A DNA stretch of 64,000 nucleotides from Spizellomyces punctatus DAOM BR117 (lineage: Eukaryota): the NCBI GenBank assembly GCA_000182565.2, contig KQ257468.1; one strand, given 5' to 3'. How positions within the stretch are numbered: the first letter of the stretch is position 1; each line of letters opens with the position of its first letter. The notes below the pieces were generated by a model. It was given only the letters and a program-made list of their open reading frames with translations, was not told where the DNA came from and made no database searches. The position numbers and the translations under genes were made by a program. This document shows positions 25,606 to 40,900 of this stretch, in pieces.

Positions 25606-27112
25606 GTTGCTGTTGACACAACGAGCGATATTGTGTGCAGAGTGAGTTTATATCAGTTTCTGATTGATCAATGCTTTGTTATTTTGAATTTGCTTGGGTA
25701 CCTTGTCGTTTATTGTTTACACCTTTAGGAAAAAAACCGCCGAATAGAATAAACATGATGCGACAAGGAAAAACGCGATAGTCATCGTGAGCACTTTCTC
25801 TACATCTAGAACCCAAAGACACTGCCATATTATTTTACATACCCGATAAAGAATTACTTTTGCTTGGGCTACTGGTGGGATGAGGCAAGGGAAAAGCAGC
25901 AAAAAGAAATGTGTAGTGTTTTGCTGATGTCGTCCTTTGGTAAGTGGCAGCGGCTTCCAGAACTTGTTGGAAGTGGCTTTGGTAAGCGCACAAGTCACGT
26001 GCATTCAATGAACTTTAGAAACGTTGAGGGCAGAGCTGTAGAGCTCGATTGTATTTTAAAAGGTTGGAAGGAAGGAACTCTTTAGATGTTTATTCCAGAT
26101 CTGAGGATAATGGGCATTTACCTGTCCATCGACGCACTCCATCATACACGCCAGAAGTGCAAGTTCGAATAAAAGTGAGGTTGATGTTATTGACATGTAC
26201 AGCAGCTAGTGCCAAACCACCTCCGTGGCCACATCTTCCAGCACTCACCAAACTCACACAATTCTGATAATCGTCTCAACACTCCTTGCACGCTAGTTAT
26301 GCTTAAACTTGACCGGCACATACCAGACAGTCCATTGCGATCAAATGGGTTTCCCCCAAATGACTTTTAATCTGACTCCAATCAATGAACTCCCATCAAT
26401 GACTCTTACAAAGGATATTCGCAAGTCTTTTTCAATGTAGAAATCAGTATCATTTGTGATGCGTACCCACTCGATTTCCAGGAAGGCTGAATGTTCTTTC
26501 CATGTTGTGCTTTGCCCGGCGGAAACGAAGAACCTCTACTTTTTGCGTAAATTCTGGAGTTAATTACTTGGGTAATATGGCTGTTATACTGGAGATTCGT
26601 CCCAATGAGATGTGATAAAGTAACTGTCAAACTACTTTGAAAGAAAACAGGCTGTGTCCAAGGACGGCGCCTTTTTTTGCATAGTGTTTATAATTACCCC
26701 AGTACGCAGAGAGACCCTTGCGCGCTCCCCTACTTTCGGTTCAGTGTGCAGCTACGGCGGCCTTTACCCTTTATATGCTTGATCTAACACTACTTTTGCG
26801 AGATGCTGGCCAGCCCTGTGGCTATTCCTTGTTCACAGTCTCTTAGTTCCGACGATGACACATCAAGCCAGGAATCACGTGAAACAGAGTGAAGGTTTCA
26901 AAATCAACCGAACGATGCAAAGCAACAGCGAACGTTAACGGCTCATTTCTCAGCTGGCTGGGTCCTTACAGATTTGGGAATGCAAGAGCACGAGGCGACG
27001 GACTTGGCTGTTACAGTCGTCTTTAGATAGATAATAGCTAGCGTTTTTCTCTGGTCTCTTTTAGAGAGGCCTCACAGATTGCTTCTACTAACGACCGGTT
27101 GATGCAACTTGA

Positions 27113-29441
27113 ATGACGATAATGAAAGTCCCCTGCCAAGAAGTCGTTTCCTCACCACTCGTCTCACTCCCCATTCCCTCCCTGCTCACCCTACCCGAAG
27201 ATGTCCTAATTTCAATCATACCGTGGGTCCGCAACCCAATGCCCCTCATTCGATCCTGCAGTTACCTACATCACCTCTTCACTACTCTACCGTCCATCCG
27301 AGCGCAGTGGCTCATACATCGATACGGCAAAGCCCATGTTCTCTTTTATCCAATGTTGGTTGAACGTCATCCTGCCTTGGACGCAGCTACGGTGGATGTA
27401 TTGTTAAATTTGGGTGCGCGGTTCAAGTTCCAGCCATTATTTGAGGATGCCCCATTACCGTTGCCTACACTGCATAGCCTTGCTTGCGCTGCCGTTGGGG
27501 AATTCAAAGCGTATGTTTTTGGAGTTTGTAAGAACGGGTCCTTTTTACGTAGCTCATTGTGATATTTGGTTTTATCTTTAGAGCACCGGTTCGTGCTGCA
27601 GAGCCGAGCGTGGACTCTAGTGATCTATTTGATCTTTGGACATGGGTCATTCAGACTTGTGGCGCTCAATCCCTCATAGAACGACTCGTTAAAGCCGGTG
27701 CAGATCCAAACTACCTCGACGCTTTTGCGGTCTCTTTTGCACTGCAAACTCGCAATGCGGTCCTGCTACGCACGCTCTTGATGGATCTTGGTGCATCGAT
27801 TCCAGTCGTCAGAGATCGCCATGAGCGATCCTCGCAGCCTCCTCACTCTTGCCTGCGTTTTGCTACCGAGTTGGTTTCATGGTACCCTGCTCCAGATATT
27901 CTCGCGCTTATTCGGCGCTGTGATGCCCAATGTGACCCTGGCGAAAAGTCTGGAACAACGAAACGTCAAGGTCAAAAAATGTTTTGGCAGCAAGTTGGCC
28001 GAAACAGTCGGACAGATATATTACGCTTATTGAAAATGAAGCCAGCGTCGCCAGATTGGAGTCTTGATTTTGTCTCTGCCTGCGCTGTTTTCGTTGGTGC
28101 TACTATGGGGGGACATTTGCCCTTGATGACAGAGATGGTAGGTCTCGTCCTCTGTTATAGGTGATGATTCTGGATACACTAACAGTGAACTCTCGACGAT
28201 AGGTTCTTTCCAATTCTGTCCCTATCGACCATTCGTCCTCCATTGCCCTTCAAACCGCTGTTCGTCTCATGCGTTCAGACCTTCTCTATGCATGTCTTTC
28301 TCTCGGGGCCACCATTCCGAGATCTGCTGCCTCCGCATTGGCGATCGACCTTCTATCCTGGGCCTCCACGGACGCCATTTTAGCTTTCCTCGCTCGCGCA
28401 GACGATCGCGGTCGAACTCCTCGTCTGCACTGTACAGAATCTTTTCTGCACCATTTGGGCCGTTGCGGGCGTGGTGATGTCATTGAAGCACTGGTATCGA
28501 GGGACGTTATGAGCAAAGGTGGACGAAGTGGGAAAGCTACGAATAGCAGTTTAGCGTTGACGAGTGAGCAAGCGACGACGGTTTTGGTTGGTGCCGCGGG
28601 TGCAGGGCACCTTGATCTTTGCCGGGATCTAGTCACTCGCTACGAAGGTGACCCTGTCGGATACAAATTCGCTGCAATACGTGCAGCATGTCGAAGCGTC
28701 AAAGCGTCTTCCGCTGAAATAATCGGTTATCTTCTCGCCATGTGGCAAGTCACTGGTGACGATGACGAAGATGAGAAACGGTTCGCGAGACGATGTCTGG
28801 CAGAGTGTCTTGTCGAAGCCTGTAAGTTTGTTGGCCAGAATAAAGTTCAAGTAGTGGAGTGCCTCATTGAGTGGATGGGACCGGCTGAGCTAAGGCGAGT
28901 GGGTGGTCGGGCGTTGGTTGAGGCATTGAGAAGCTGGCAGTGGACCCCCGCACGAGTCATCAAAAACCAAATGAAAAAGGCGGCAAAGGACACCGAAGGA
29001 GAATATGGAGTTTTACTGGTGCTTGTAGGTGGCAGGAGCGATGACCGGGCGATATCCACCGTGTGTATTCCAGGGCAGGTCAAAACCTGTGCAGATGACG
29101 GTAGAATATGGTCCATCTGGCTTCCCACTCACATGATTAAAGAAGATGCCGAGGAACTAGCACACGGGATAGAGCACCTTATACAACGGGCGGGATTCCA
29201 AGCTTTTGTTCAAGACCTTGGTGCGGGAACCCGGTCCCCTCGGACCCTGTGGGACGCGCTACATTCCCGTCAGATACTGATTCCGAGTCGAGTATGCTGG
29301 TGCACGGCGTGTGCTGCCTATGATAAACGTAAGCGAAAGACTTGGAGGCAGTGGTGGTTAGATCTCTGGGCAGGTGCCTGGAGAAGTGAGGATGTATATA
29401 ATAAGGAGCAGAAAGTGTCGTTGGTTACTGGGTCGGCGTAA
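27113..29441 (+). CDS. F-box-like N-terminus plus degenerate ankyrin-like repeat protein
   Basis: Exons 27113-27510, 27582-28137, 28203-29441 are in frame. LLTLPEDVLISI (F-box-like), RAQWLIHRYG, LVKAGADPN and AAGAGHLDLCRDLV (ankyrin-like). Confidence 0.65.
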
Positions 29442-30706
29442 CGTGTTGCGTTATTCCTTTTTTGACTTCATAAGCTATTTATTGTATATATTGCTCTGTA
29501 TGTATCATAATTTGTATTTATGAAATGCTGGAGATATTAGCCGGAACATCCGCCCCGGGACAGAGTTCAATGTTGAAAATAGCGAGTTGTCAAATCCGTG
29601 GCGACAAAATCCATATGTCCATTTTAGGAATAAATTGCGGACATTGAACTTGAAGCGAGCGTTTTTGCCAACGTTTCCGACATTAGACCAACCCTACATT
29701 ATGACTGATCCCAGTGACAACCCAACACCACCAGCACCACCACCCTCCGGTCCCTCTCCCGAAGCACTAGCACAGCGACGGGCGCTGGTAAACGCAAAGT
29801 TCGGACCAGGGTAACTGACTATTCACCGACGAGTACAAAGCTGCCAGCATGTATACTTAAAGAATGTCTCCCCTTGTACAGCGCTTGGGAAAGATCCCAA
29901 CCACGCCCCCACCGATGCAACGGCCACCTAGAAGATTTCATTGTAGCCCTCACGACATGGCCAATGCAGGATGTTCCTTCCACATTTCGCATATTCTGGT
30001 CATGCATGCGTAGCGAACCTGGGTGCGTAAACACTAAAATGTGCATTAAAAAATACTTTTTAACACTTGAACAAATCAAATAGGAATGAACCACCAAGGG
30101 ATTACAAAACGCCTGTACCGTATGGATCCCAGGCTGGTCAAAAACGGGGAATGTGGTTTGGTGACGATGAACCCAATGATATGAGTTGGATGGAAAAAAA
30201 GTGAAATATTGTTGTGTGGATACCCTTTTGTTTGGGTGTGCATGGTGAGGAAGATGTCCTAGTGTTGGGCATGCGTGCATATCCCATTGTCTGTCTTTTT
30301 TGGCGATGGCAAGTTCCCTCCCATTGAAGGATCACTGGTGGGAGGACATCATCAGCAGGATGGGTAATCGGAGCTGGATGGATAGTTCTTGTTCAACATC
30401 TGAGTATATGGATTATGGAGGGTGCTGGATGTTATCTCCAAGCACCAAAAGAAGAAAACTAAACCAACAAGGTAGCTGGAAATGAATGTACCGAAACCAC
30501 ACAAAACACATGTAAATATAATCATTGAAATGAGCATTTCAAAAAGAACGGATGAATCATTGGCAATCGAAAACATTGTAACAGTTCATGACACACGAAA
30601 CTCAAATATAAATAATTGTGCACAGTCTATGGCATAGGGTAGTATCCCAGCCAATACTTTATGTTTAAAAAAAAAAGCATCCATAAATCAAAGTCACAAC
30701 TCAACC

Positions 30707-33700
30707 CTAGCCGTGCTCTCCACCATCATCTTCTTCACCACCACCACCAGGACCCGCTCCTTGTCCTGATATCTTTCGTCTCGCGACTCTCCCCACCACA
30801 CTCTCCCGGGCACCAAAACCTCCACTCCCCGGGTCCTCTGCACCCATCTCCCCAGCCGCAGCGCCGCCTAAAGCATCTGCAACACCACTGGATCCCCGAT
30901 GTATGACTTTAGCCTGGCTGGCAAGTGTATGTGCATTCGCTAACCGCTCAAAAACGTCCCCTCCGCTGCCAGGTCTCGAGCCAACAGGAGGAGGCTGATG
31001 CGTAGCCATTCCACCTCCACTGCCCGCAACGCTGCTCCGTCCGCTTGCCGTGCCTCCAACACTGCTACTACTGACGACATTTAGAAAAGGTGGGGGTTGT
31101 ACAGTATGGTCGTCGTTTTCGAATGCTCGGAAAGGGCCACGGGTTGGACTGGCGGCTTGGTTCAAGTATCCTCTTTTCTTTGGGGACGTGCTTGGACTCC
31201 TGTTGCCCTTGTTTGTGGTTGAGGATCGCGGACTATCTTTCCCGTAAGTCCAACTGGGGCTCCTTCTCCGTCGCGCTGCGTTAGATGCACTCGCACTAGA
31301 AGACTTGGTCCCTGATCCGCCAGCTCCTTCTGCCATCATTGCAGAAGCGGACATGCTCACACTACGTGGAGACGATACTCCGTCTCGACTCGGTGGTTTG
31401 TCGTGCCGTGTTGTTCGACCTCGTTCTGAGCCGGTCGTGCTGCCGGCTTTGGACGATGTAGACCCGGATCGCTCTCGCGTGGGTGTCCGTGGGACGGCTA
31501 GGGAGGGTTTTGGAGTCGCGGGTGCAGAACTCACTCGTCCTGGTGACGACGGTTCCGGTTCCGCTCGGTTTTCCTTTCCAGCGTCATCCTTGACTTGTCC
31601 ATCCTTATCACTTGCCTGAATTCCTCTCAACAGCTCATGCCCCCCTGGAGCCCCTTTTAGCCACCACACCATGCGATCTCGTAATGACATGTTGGCCAGA
31701 TCGACAGCTTCGTCTTTCTTCTCTTCCCCTTGAACATTACTCGCCGAGATGATTTCCTGCTCGCTGTTACTCCTCGGTGAAGCCGTCAACTCGCCCAGTG
31801 GATGCCGATCCTCCTCCAAATCAAAGACCTCAACATCGTCTCCTGTCCGGTCATCGAGCACTTCTTCACTCGCCCAAAGCTCTTTTGAGACAAGCTCTTC
31901 TAGAACTGCGTGCTGCTTGGCTTCACCGGCATTCAACATGGGCTCAGAGATCGATCGCAACATGCCAGCGTTCTCCTTCAGAAAGGAGATTTGCTGCTGT
32001 TCCTTCACCCGGCGACGTTCCTCCTCACGAGCGTCCTCCAGTCTCCTCTGGAATTCCATGGCGGCTTTTCTGGCAGTTTCACGGCACCTCTCCAGATTCT
32101 CGGTCAACTCCTCAATCTTACTATCCCGCTCCTGGACCTTCACCTCTCCTTCTTCAAGCAAGCACCTGACTTCAACAAGATCCTCCAAGCACATCTCTGC
32201 AATCGCTTCCAACTCATATGGATCAAGCGACCGTATGATATTCGTAGCATTTTCCCATCCAACATCCACGTCAGGTGTTAACGACGAGATGCTAGTTGAG
32301 GAAGATACGAGACCCTCTTGCCCTGCGGGTTGTCCTCCCAATCTTGCCCTTCTAACCAGTTCCTCAACCCTGGATATTCGATGTCCAATCATCGCAATCT
32401 CGTGATCCAATACTCCTAATCTCTCATCCATATACTGGGGTTTCTCAGGGTCAAACCGTCCCGTCGCCTCCTGCTCAGCACGCACGCATCGTTCTCGCTC
32501 CGCAACCAACTCCCGCTGCTCGCCGACCAATCTATCCCGTGAGACCTTCAGTTCGTCTAAAGCCTTTTGTGCTCGTCGAACAGCAATGCAGGATGCAAGT
32601 TCCTTTTCCAACATTTGCTTCTTGAACTGGGCACGTACATTGACTGGGAGATGGTTGGGGACATCACCGTCATCCAACCCAATATCTGACGGTAGCTTGG
32701 TTTCAGGAGAAGATTTGTTGGTGGATTTGGCGTACATGGATACGGCTCGTCGGTTCGAGGATGATCCGCTACTTCCTGGTCGTGATGAATCGATTGGAGC
32801 CGTAGACACTTTCCATGTTCCGCTTCGTCGCTTGGGAGACATACTTCCGCTGGACCCACCGGATTTCGAGATTCGGTTGGGGGTACTGGTTCGCTTCAGT
32901 ATCTTCATAACGGAACGTCGATTAATGTTGTGTATTTCGTCGCTGCGGCGCTGCAGAATCAGGCGCTGAAAGCGAGAGGCAGCGTCGTGAACATCTATCC
33001 GGTACACATAGTGAAAGGAAAAGTAGATTACGAACCTGCATCTGGTTACGACTTTGCTCTAGTTTCTTAACCAGATCGGCAGCCTTTTTCTCCTTGCGCT
33101 TCAAAATGGCAATCTGTCGCTGACTTGTCATTTCCAATGCCCGGCTCTTTTCCCTCTCTTTTTTGAGGTCTTTGAGCATGCGTGCCTTCTCCGCTGTGGA
33201 TCATGAACAAAAAATTCGTGTCAAGCTATCTCTTTCTAGCGGCTATCGCAATGAAACCAATCACAAACCTTTCATGCTAGCAATCGTGTCCTTCAAACCC
33301 TTCATCAAGCCCTCATCCTTGCCCTTCCTCTCATCCCTGGCTCTCGTATTCTCTGCCAACTTTCGCCGGAATTCGTCAATCTGCTTCTCCAGCTGCCGCT
33401 TCTTGTCTTCATATCGCTGTTTGATCGCCACAGTCCCTTTTTTCTCCTCCTTGCGTTCGCCACCCTGCATTCGCTTCAACGCTTGATCACGCTCCTTTTT
33501 GGATTGAAGTAATTGCGTTTGAAGATCCCGAAGTTTTTGCTCATAGGCTGTTTTCATCGTTTCGTATTCGGCGTCGCGATGCTGTATTCGTGAGACGAGC
33601 TTTTCGTGTTCAGCAATGTCCGCCTGGATTTTAGCAATGACAAGGAACATGTCTGATGTGCTTGAATCTGGTGATGTTGAAGATGCTTCGTCTGTTGCTT

Positions 33701-36315
33701 CGTCCAAGGCTGTTGACTCTTCGAAATCCTCTGCTACGTTGAGCGAAGATGATTCCCAAACCACAGAGTTCGTCCGGGGTACCCCATACAGCCGTGGCCC
33801 AGGTGATACTCCATCGACCTCACCTGCATCCTGTGATTTTGACTGCTTGAGCATCTCATCTACATCAGGATTATCCTGTAGCGCCTTCATTAGCCGTCTT
33901 TCCTGTCCACCTTCGTCTAATGTCTCCTCTTCCTCCCGGCATACTTCCTTGACTTGCCGTTGTAACGGTCGACAAGGAATACCAAGTTCAGCATCGGCCT
34001 CAGCATCTGCTCCAATCTCTTCCGCACTGAAAAGACGCCCGTCCCCACCTCTATTAGGAGCTGTGAACGCATTGCGTCCGCCTTTGCTTTTGCCGCCCAG
34101 CTTTGCCACAACATCATTGTACCATGTGAGCTTATCCTCCGCCTCTGAAAGACGGAATCGCAAATCGGAAATGGTGCGCACGTAGCTTTGTATAATTGGA
34201 TGGGCGGTGAGCTGCTTCTTGTAGGCGGATTGTAGTGTCTGAGAATCATTTTCAGCGAGATTCGGTGTTGCTTCAGGACTGAGGGGGTCATTTTCGGGAA
34301 TAAGCTTGCTAGTATCGTCAGGTTCATCACTGCCAACCTCAAAACTTCGTTCCGGGAAGGATTCTGTTGACGGAGAGCGGACGATCTCGCCTTTAGCCTC
34401 TCCCCAAACTTTGCGCAGCTTGACACCACCGTTCTCCTCTTCCATATCTCGCCCTTTCCGTTTCATACTCTTATTTCCAGGTAGAAACATACGACTTCGT
34501 TCTACAACCGCCCGATCCCGTTGCACAATCGTATCGGCCAACTCCCTTCCAAGCTCTCTGCATCGATCTTGCAATCGAAAACAACGAAACTTTAGCCGCT
34601 CATTTTCGAACCGTATTGCATCTCGTTCTCGCTTTGTACGGTCCATCTCTGCGTCGAGTTCTCGTTCTCGTTGTATTCGCATCTGCAATTCTCGCTCCCG
34701 GAGTGTACCCGAAACTGTCTGTCTTTGATTCGCTAAATAACTCGCATCAAATGCATCACCACCCGTGGTGGATACCCGAAGAGAGCCTCCCGGCCCACCA
34801 TCTTGAATGTCCGCTTTCAGCTGAGCAACTGTCGCGCGCAATATCCGGACCTCCCTCTCCAAAGCCAAAGTGTTCCCCCCTCCAGCCCATTCCTGGTTAA
34901 TCACCACCTTATTTTTTATGTTCCTCGCTCGATTCGCATAATTTAAAGTGTTGACTGTTTCGCCGTAGTTGGTATCACTGGGACTCACACAGGCGAGCAT
35001 CAATGTCTGGCTATTTCCACCCAAACTGTCTTGTAACATTCGGGTAAGTTTGGAATCCCGGTATGGAACGTGAACGTGCGCGGACTTTCGGGTATCGTCG
35101 CCTAGGGCAGAGATCACATTCCCAAGGGCAAGTAAGCCTTGATTAATTGATATTCCCTCCTTTTTCCTATCTCCCTCAGCGTTTGTGCGTTTGAGACGTT
35201 CGGATCCCGCCAAATCAACAAAGTGAAATTTGGACAAGAGATGCTGGAAGGAGCCGTCTGGGTGTGTTGTGGGATCCACCGATGTCGGCGTGAAATGCTC
35301 CTCACCCTCTTGCTTTGTGATTTCCTCCAAGGGACTTTCCCCGCTCGCACCGTCACCATCCTCCTCTGCGGTGGAACGAGGCACCCATTTCTGTTGTTTT
35401 AAAATTACGCTAAAGATAGCATGACTTCGAGAGGACGAAGCATTCATGTCGGTTGATCCAGTCGTTCGGCAGAGTGAGCCCTTTTCAAGGACACTACCAA
35501 ATAGAGCATATAAAAATACGTCCCAGTCGATACACTGCACATCAACCTGAGCAAACGTACCTCAAGAGCTCCTCCGGTGAGGATACAGCCTGCTCCTTTA
35601 CCCCATACCACATAATTTTTCCCGCTCCATCCTCTCTAATCGACAGACCACCCCAGCCAGTCGTACCCTCTTTAGGTCGCGCATTTAGCAAGTCTACAAG
35701 TTCTTCGTTATAAAGTTCTAGGAACGAAACAAGCACTTCGTATTTGAATCCTTCGGGACTGGCTGCTGCCTGTGCTTGCAGTCTATCAAAGAGATGATAG
35801 ATGGATCTAGGTACGATGCCCTGATGCTCTGGATCTGCAACCGCCTCCAAGCCGGTGCCCATCGAATAAGTTTTTCCAGATCCCGTCTGCGCAAAGTCGC
35901 GAAGAGCTTTAGACTTTTGCTCGACAAGTAATGACAGATCAAGCTTGATCTACTCATCAAGAGGTGTCGCACCAATACCATTGCTTACCTGTCCATATGC
36001 TAATACAGTTGCATTAAATCCCTCTAAAAATCTGTCGACGAGAGGCTTTACACAATCCCGGTACACCTCCTCCTGCGTACTAGCCGTATCGAACACATGG
36101 TCAAAGGTGAAGGCCTTTTGTTGATGCTGTGGTAAAGAGGCCATCGACGTCGAAAATCCAAACGAGGTATCCGCTCCACCACCGCCAGTCGGTCCTATTG
36201 TTACCTGAGGTATTCCGACGCCCATGAAGCTGATACATTCTTGAGCATTTGCAAGAACTTCTTTTGCATTGAGGGGCCGGACTCGAAGCGCGACTTTGAC
36301 GGAGGTGGAAGCCAT
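30707..36315 (-). CDS. Kinesin-4-like (KIF4/KIF21/KIF27 type) motor with long coiled-coil tail
   Basis: [18 protein letters not shown]-loop [14 protein letters not shown] split by an intron, [66 protein letters not shown]-terminal DVFERLA motif. Confidence 0.92.
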
Positions 36316-37114
36316 TGTATATCCAGAGGGAGAGAGTGTATGAGGGAGGGCAGTGTTTGGTATACGACAAAGCAATAGCAAGTCAAGTTGCTACAGAACC
36401 GTCAAATGCCGGTCTGTGCTGTACGACCACTCGTCTTAACGGACCGGTCGTGGAAAGTCACAACAAATCCTTTCTAATTCTATAGCGTCCAAAGGGCACC
36501 CTGCGTCTAACAGCTTTTTTCGTCCTTTCACTCGGATGTCTCGTCCATTGACTCGTGTGCCTTGCGATTCAAGCGGTGTCCCAAAATACTCCAAAATGGC
36601 AACAAGCTGTGAGATAATGTCCCCCTCTGGGCATGCAGCTCTCGTCTCCGTAATTTCCACCCCCAAGGATCACCACCAACGAACAAGCCGATATTCAACG
36701 TGTCCGAACACTTTCGAACGTGATGTTTACGGGAATACAAAATAAATGACTGTGCCATACCGGAGCTCAAAGTCAAATTGGAACACTTTAAACGTTTTTT
36801 GTTATTTGGGTGAAGAGTGAATGCAAAATGAGTGTTCATGAGCATTGAACCAATGGTAGCAAGTAGAGAGAGAGTTATTCAGATGGATATTCTGTGTGTA
36901 GCGGTGGATGAACACTTTGTTGCTGCCAAGAAACAAGATCCACATCTAAACGAGTGCCATCAATGGTGAACCCAATCAACAAACGTGTTGGACTTGTGTG
37001 TCGTCCTCCCCAAAGCGTCAAATATGTTTAAAATGGAGAAACATCTTCCACCATTCCAAGGCATGAACTTCAATGCAGCGCAAGAGTAGAAAAAGAAAGC
37101 TGATGATCAACGAA

Positions 37115-37186
37115 AGGTCCCACCGAGAATCGAACTCGGGTCGCAGGATTCAGAGTCCTGAGTGCTAACCGCTACACCATGGAACC
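37115..37186 (-). tRNA. tRNA-Gln(CTG)
   Basis: Reverse complement GGTTCCATGGTGTAGCGGTTAGCACTCAGGACT-CTG-AATCCTGCGACCCGAGTTCGATTCTCGGTGGGACCT, 72 nt. Confidence 0.95.
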
Positions 37187-37969
37187 ACGGGGCATCTTGT
37201 CGACGCAAAGGCATCTCCATTTGGTGTTTAGCCAAACGATGAGAATCCAATCAGCAATTGTTCCCTATCTCATGAATTCCTCCTTCCCGGATCTTGCGAA
37301 ACCAAACTGGCAGAGGAACGACATTGCATGGAGTATTAAGTGTACCAACTGCTGGCTCTTCCGGTGGTCATGTAAATTCCAACTTTACTATAAAACAAGA
37401 AGCCTCGTAAACCTCCGTCAAATCGCATGCCCTCGATACTCACCGACAACTTGACCTACTGAAGATCCAAATAAACCTCCTTCAAAATCATGTGGAAGCT
37501 ACATTTACGACTCAGTGAAAGGCAGTTGCGATTGGGCAACTTGCAGACGGGCGCTTCCCAATCAGATAAGTGTTCCGTCCTCTTGAAGCAAATCAGTCGG
37601 AGGTCGGTCTAGTGCTTAGAATCTTAAATCCGATTAGAATGCACTAAAAGCTGCAATTAAACCAAAATAGGAAAGTGGAGGTGGCGTTGTCGCAAGTCAC
37701 CAAGCGATGAACAAACTGGTGCTGGTGCCTGCTTGTGACCCAGTAGGACAGAATCACATTTGAACACATCATTGGCATTTGCAAAAACTACCCATTGAGC
37801 GGTGATTTGGACATGAGCACATGAACACCTCTTAGAACTTTTTCTCTTGTACGTATCGGTTGCACTGGCTAAAGTGTCGAACAAGTAGCCTTCCCGCCCA
37901 CTCTATTACTCAGCGGCAACGTCAAACAGCCTTGCTTTTCCGTGAGATATTCCCAATCTTTCATTCCCG

Positions 37970-40900
37970 ATGGCCGACACGGGCTATCGTCCAAGGGAGC
38001 CGCCGCGCATTCTGAACAGGAATGCTAATGGCTTCTTTGACCCTGCGGCCGCGGATCCACCACCGGCAACACCTGAAAGTAGTAGGAGCCGAGAAAACGT
38101 TTACCCGTCCGTTGCTGCTCGTATCCCCACATCCAGAAGTAAAAGTAGAACGAGGGATCCCAACAAGTAAGAATGCCTTATTTGTCTTTGTTGAATCTTT
38201 AAAAGCCTTGACCAGAATCCACACTCTCCGCGGGTCACAGTCCCAATTCCCCATTATACAGTCCCAACTCCCCACTCAGCCCAGTGCCCCCGCCTTCCCG
38301 TTACTATCAATCCAGCAGCACTGGCAGTAGTCCGCCCCGTTCTCGTCGACCATCCGAGGATAGCTATGCAAATGGTAACCGGCGACCGCCACCAGAAGGC
38401 GTCGTGTCAGTGTATGAGAACGATCGCGAGCGACGACGGCCATCAGCAGACTCTGGCTCATCACGTTCAAGTCCTAATTCGTCTCGACGTCCCAGCCTCA
38501 GTGGTGACCATCCTCCTCGCAATGGCTCATTGTTGAGATCAGGTAGTGGGGCCAGTATAGGAAGTCGAAGCGGCAGTGATGAGCAGCTGCTCCGCAGCGC
38601 GACGACGAAATCCTCGACCAGAAACTACGGAGAGCGTGAGCGGGATTATGATTCTGGTCCTTCCCGATCTTTTACTACCAGGGAACCATCTTCGCGTGAA
38701 GGAGAGCGCGGCCGAGAGAGGGAGACTGAACGGTCTCGTACACGGGAGAGCCCTCTAAATCGCGCTTCAGAACGTATCCCTGACAAACTAAGTAGACTTG
38801 CAGCAGCACCGTCGAATAGACATACCACGGAACCCGCATCGGCATCAGCATCAGCGAGCTTTGATGATATGCTCAAAGCCTTGGATGACTTACACACCAA
38901 GACCGCAGCGAATCCACCGCGCTCATCCCCTCTACCACCGGAGACCGCGAATGACCGAGGCTCGGATAGACCGAATAGCGGTCGAGCATCTAAAGACTAC
39001 GAGCTAATGACGGCTAGCTTGGACCAGCTGATAGACAACACACGCAAATCCGTGCCTTCATCGGCCACTGGGACACTTGGAAGGGAGGCTGAGCGGAGAG
39101 AACGAGACAGGCAAAGAGCAAAGGAAAAAGAACTTGAAATCCAGCGCGAGAAGGAAAGAGAGAAGGAGTTGGAGAGGGAACGAGAAGTGGACAAGGAACG
39201 GGAGAAAGAAAAGGCGAGGGACCGGATCAGGGAGAAAGAGAGGGAAAAAGAACGTGGAAGGCAGCGTGAGCGCGACGAGATCTTGGTAGCGGAGCAGGCT
39301 GATGCTGAAAAAACCGCCCAAGCGGACAGAATGGAAGCCCGGGAGGTGCAGCGGAAACGCAAAGAGCAGGAACGTATTGAGGCGGAGCGTCGAGACGCCG
39401 ATAGGAGAGAATTGCAAATGATTGCAGAAGCTAGACAGCGAGAAATGGCGGCAGATAGACAAAGGGATGCTACCAGAATCAGGGAACCCGATGGTCGTGC
39501 CGATGAAAGTGTAAGGAACTTTTGAGTTGCTCGCTGCGACCTTTGTACTGATCCTATAAACATTTTCAGATCATCGTACGCGACTATGTTAGTGCGTTGA
39601 TGATGACCCTCCGCGCCGACACGAGTTACCCAAACCCCGATGATTTCGCTACTCCAGACGGTTATGCAATATGGGAGGACACACTGGGCATGAGCTATTC
39701 TGAAGTTCTTTGTGAGCTCCTCAAAGCACGATTCATTGATAAGAAAGGGAAGCAGGAAAAGAAAGAGAAGTCTCAGGAACCAACCGTCATACAGCTTTTC
39801 TTTAAAATTGTCGAAGCCCGCGGACTCGTAGCCAAAGAAGGCCGAAGCCGTGATCCGTACTGTACTATTGAGCATGGCAATATTCCAGATGATGGAACCG
39901 AAGAAGCGCGAAAAGCGGACAAGGAGCGCAAAGACAAGGAGGTTCTGCAGACTGACACCATTAAGGGCACCACGAATCCGAGATGGAACGAGCACGTGAA
40001 TATCCCTGCTAAAGCGCTGACGGATAAGGTGATGGTGTCCGTGTATGATCGTGCAAAGGAGCAGTTCTTGGGTCGCGTCAAGATTCCGTTTAGCGAATTG
40101 ATACCAATAGCGGCCAGGGATGGCTATGTAAAGAAATGGTTCCGACTGACTGGATTGGGCAAGAAGGAGAAGGATAAGTACGTGGGTGGAGAAATTTTGA
40201 TCGAAGCAGCAATCAAAGACGATGGAACCTCAGGGGTATGTGTTCTGCGTAACTGAGCATGTGGTTGCTCTCCTCACCTGTTTCGTGTTCTACCATCACG
40301 TAGCCTAGTGCCAAGCGTCCCAAGCAGGATCCAATTGCTGCTCTGCAATCTGCCATATCTGCAACGGATCTCGACCTTCGCGCCTTATACAGAACCCTCC
40401 TCCGAGCGTGCTTGATTTTGGATATGAACATGCTTGGAAAACAAATCAATGAGAAGACACAGCGTCTACTTTCAGAGGAAAGCAAAGCCCTTTTAACTAT
40501 CCTTGGACGAACGTGGGGATTGAGCGAGGCCTTCATGGTTATGGCGTACCTTCAATTGCTGTTTGAAAAGTACAAAGTGTATGAAATTCCGCAGAGTGCC
40601 CTTCTTGACGCTTTTGAAACCCTAAAGGAAGATCTCAAGAAACGCGGATGGCTGAGCGAATATGAGGTGCAGTTCATTGGTTTATTTGTTTAGGCTCAAA
40701 GTGCTTACTGGCATTATTATTGACTTGTTCAGAGACCCGCCGTCCTTGAGCTTTTGGCGGATATGGACGAATATTACCGAACACAGATCACAAAATACAA
40801 GGAGTTTTTCCCTGAAAATAAGCCTAAGCAAGCTCTCGCTACCACCATTCTTATGCTCCGTATGATCTTCAAGAATCCGCTCTATCGACAGAGTCATCCT

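Noticed and set aside
29701-30083. Small Pro-rich ORF (MTDPSDNPTPPAPPP...) and a following Cys-containing ORF
   Set aside because: Could not build a convincing in-frame splice model.
38997-39995. 332-aa minus-strand S/R/L-rich ORF
   Set aside because: Antisense to the E/R/K-rich coiled coil of the Munc13-like gene.
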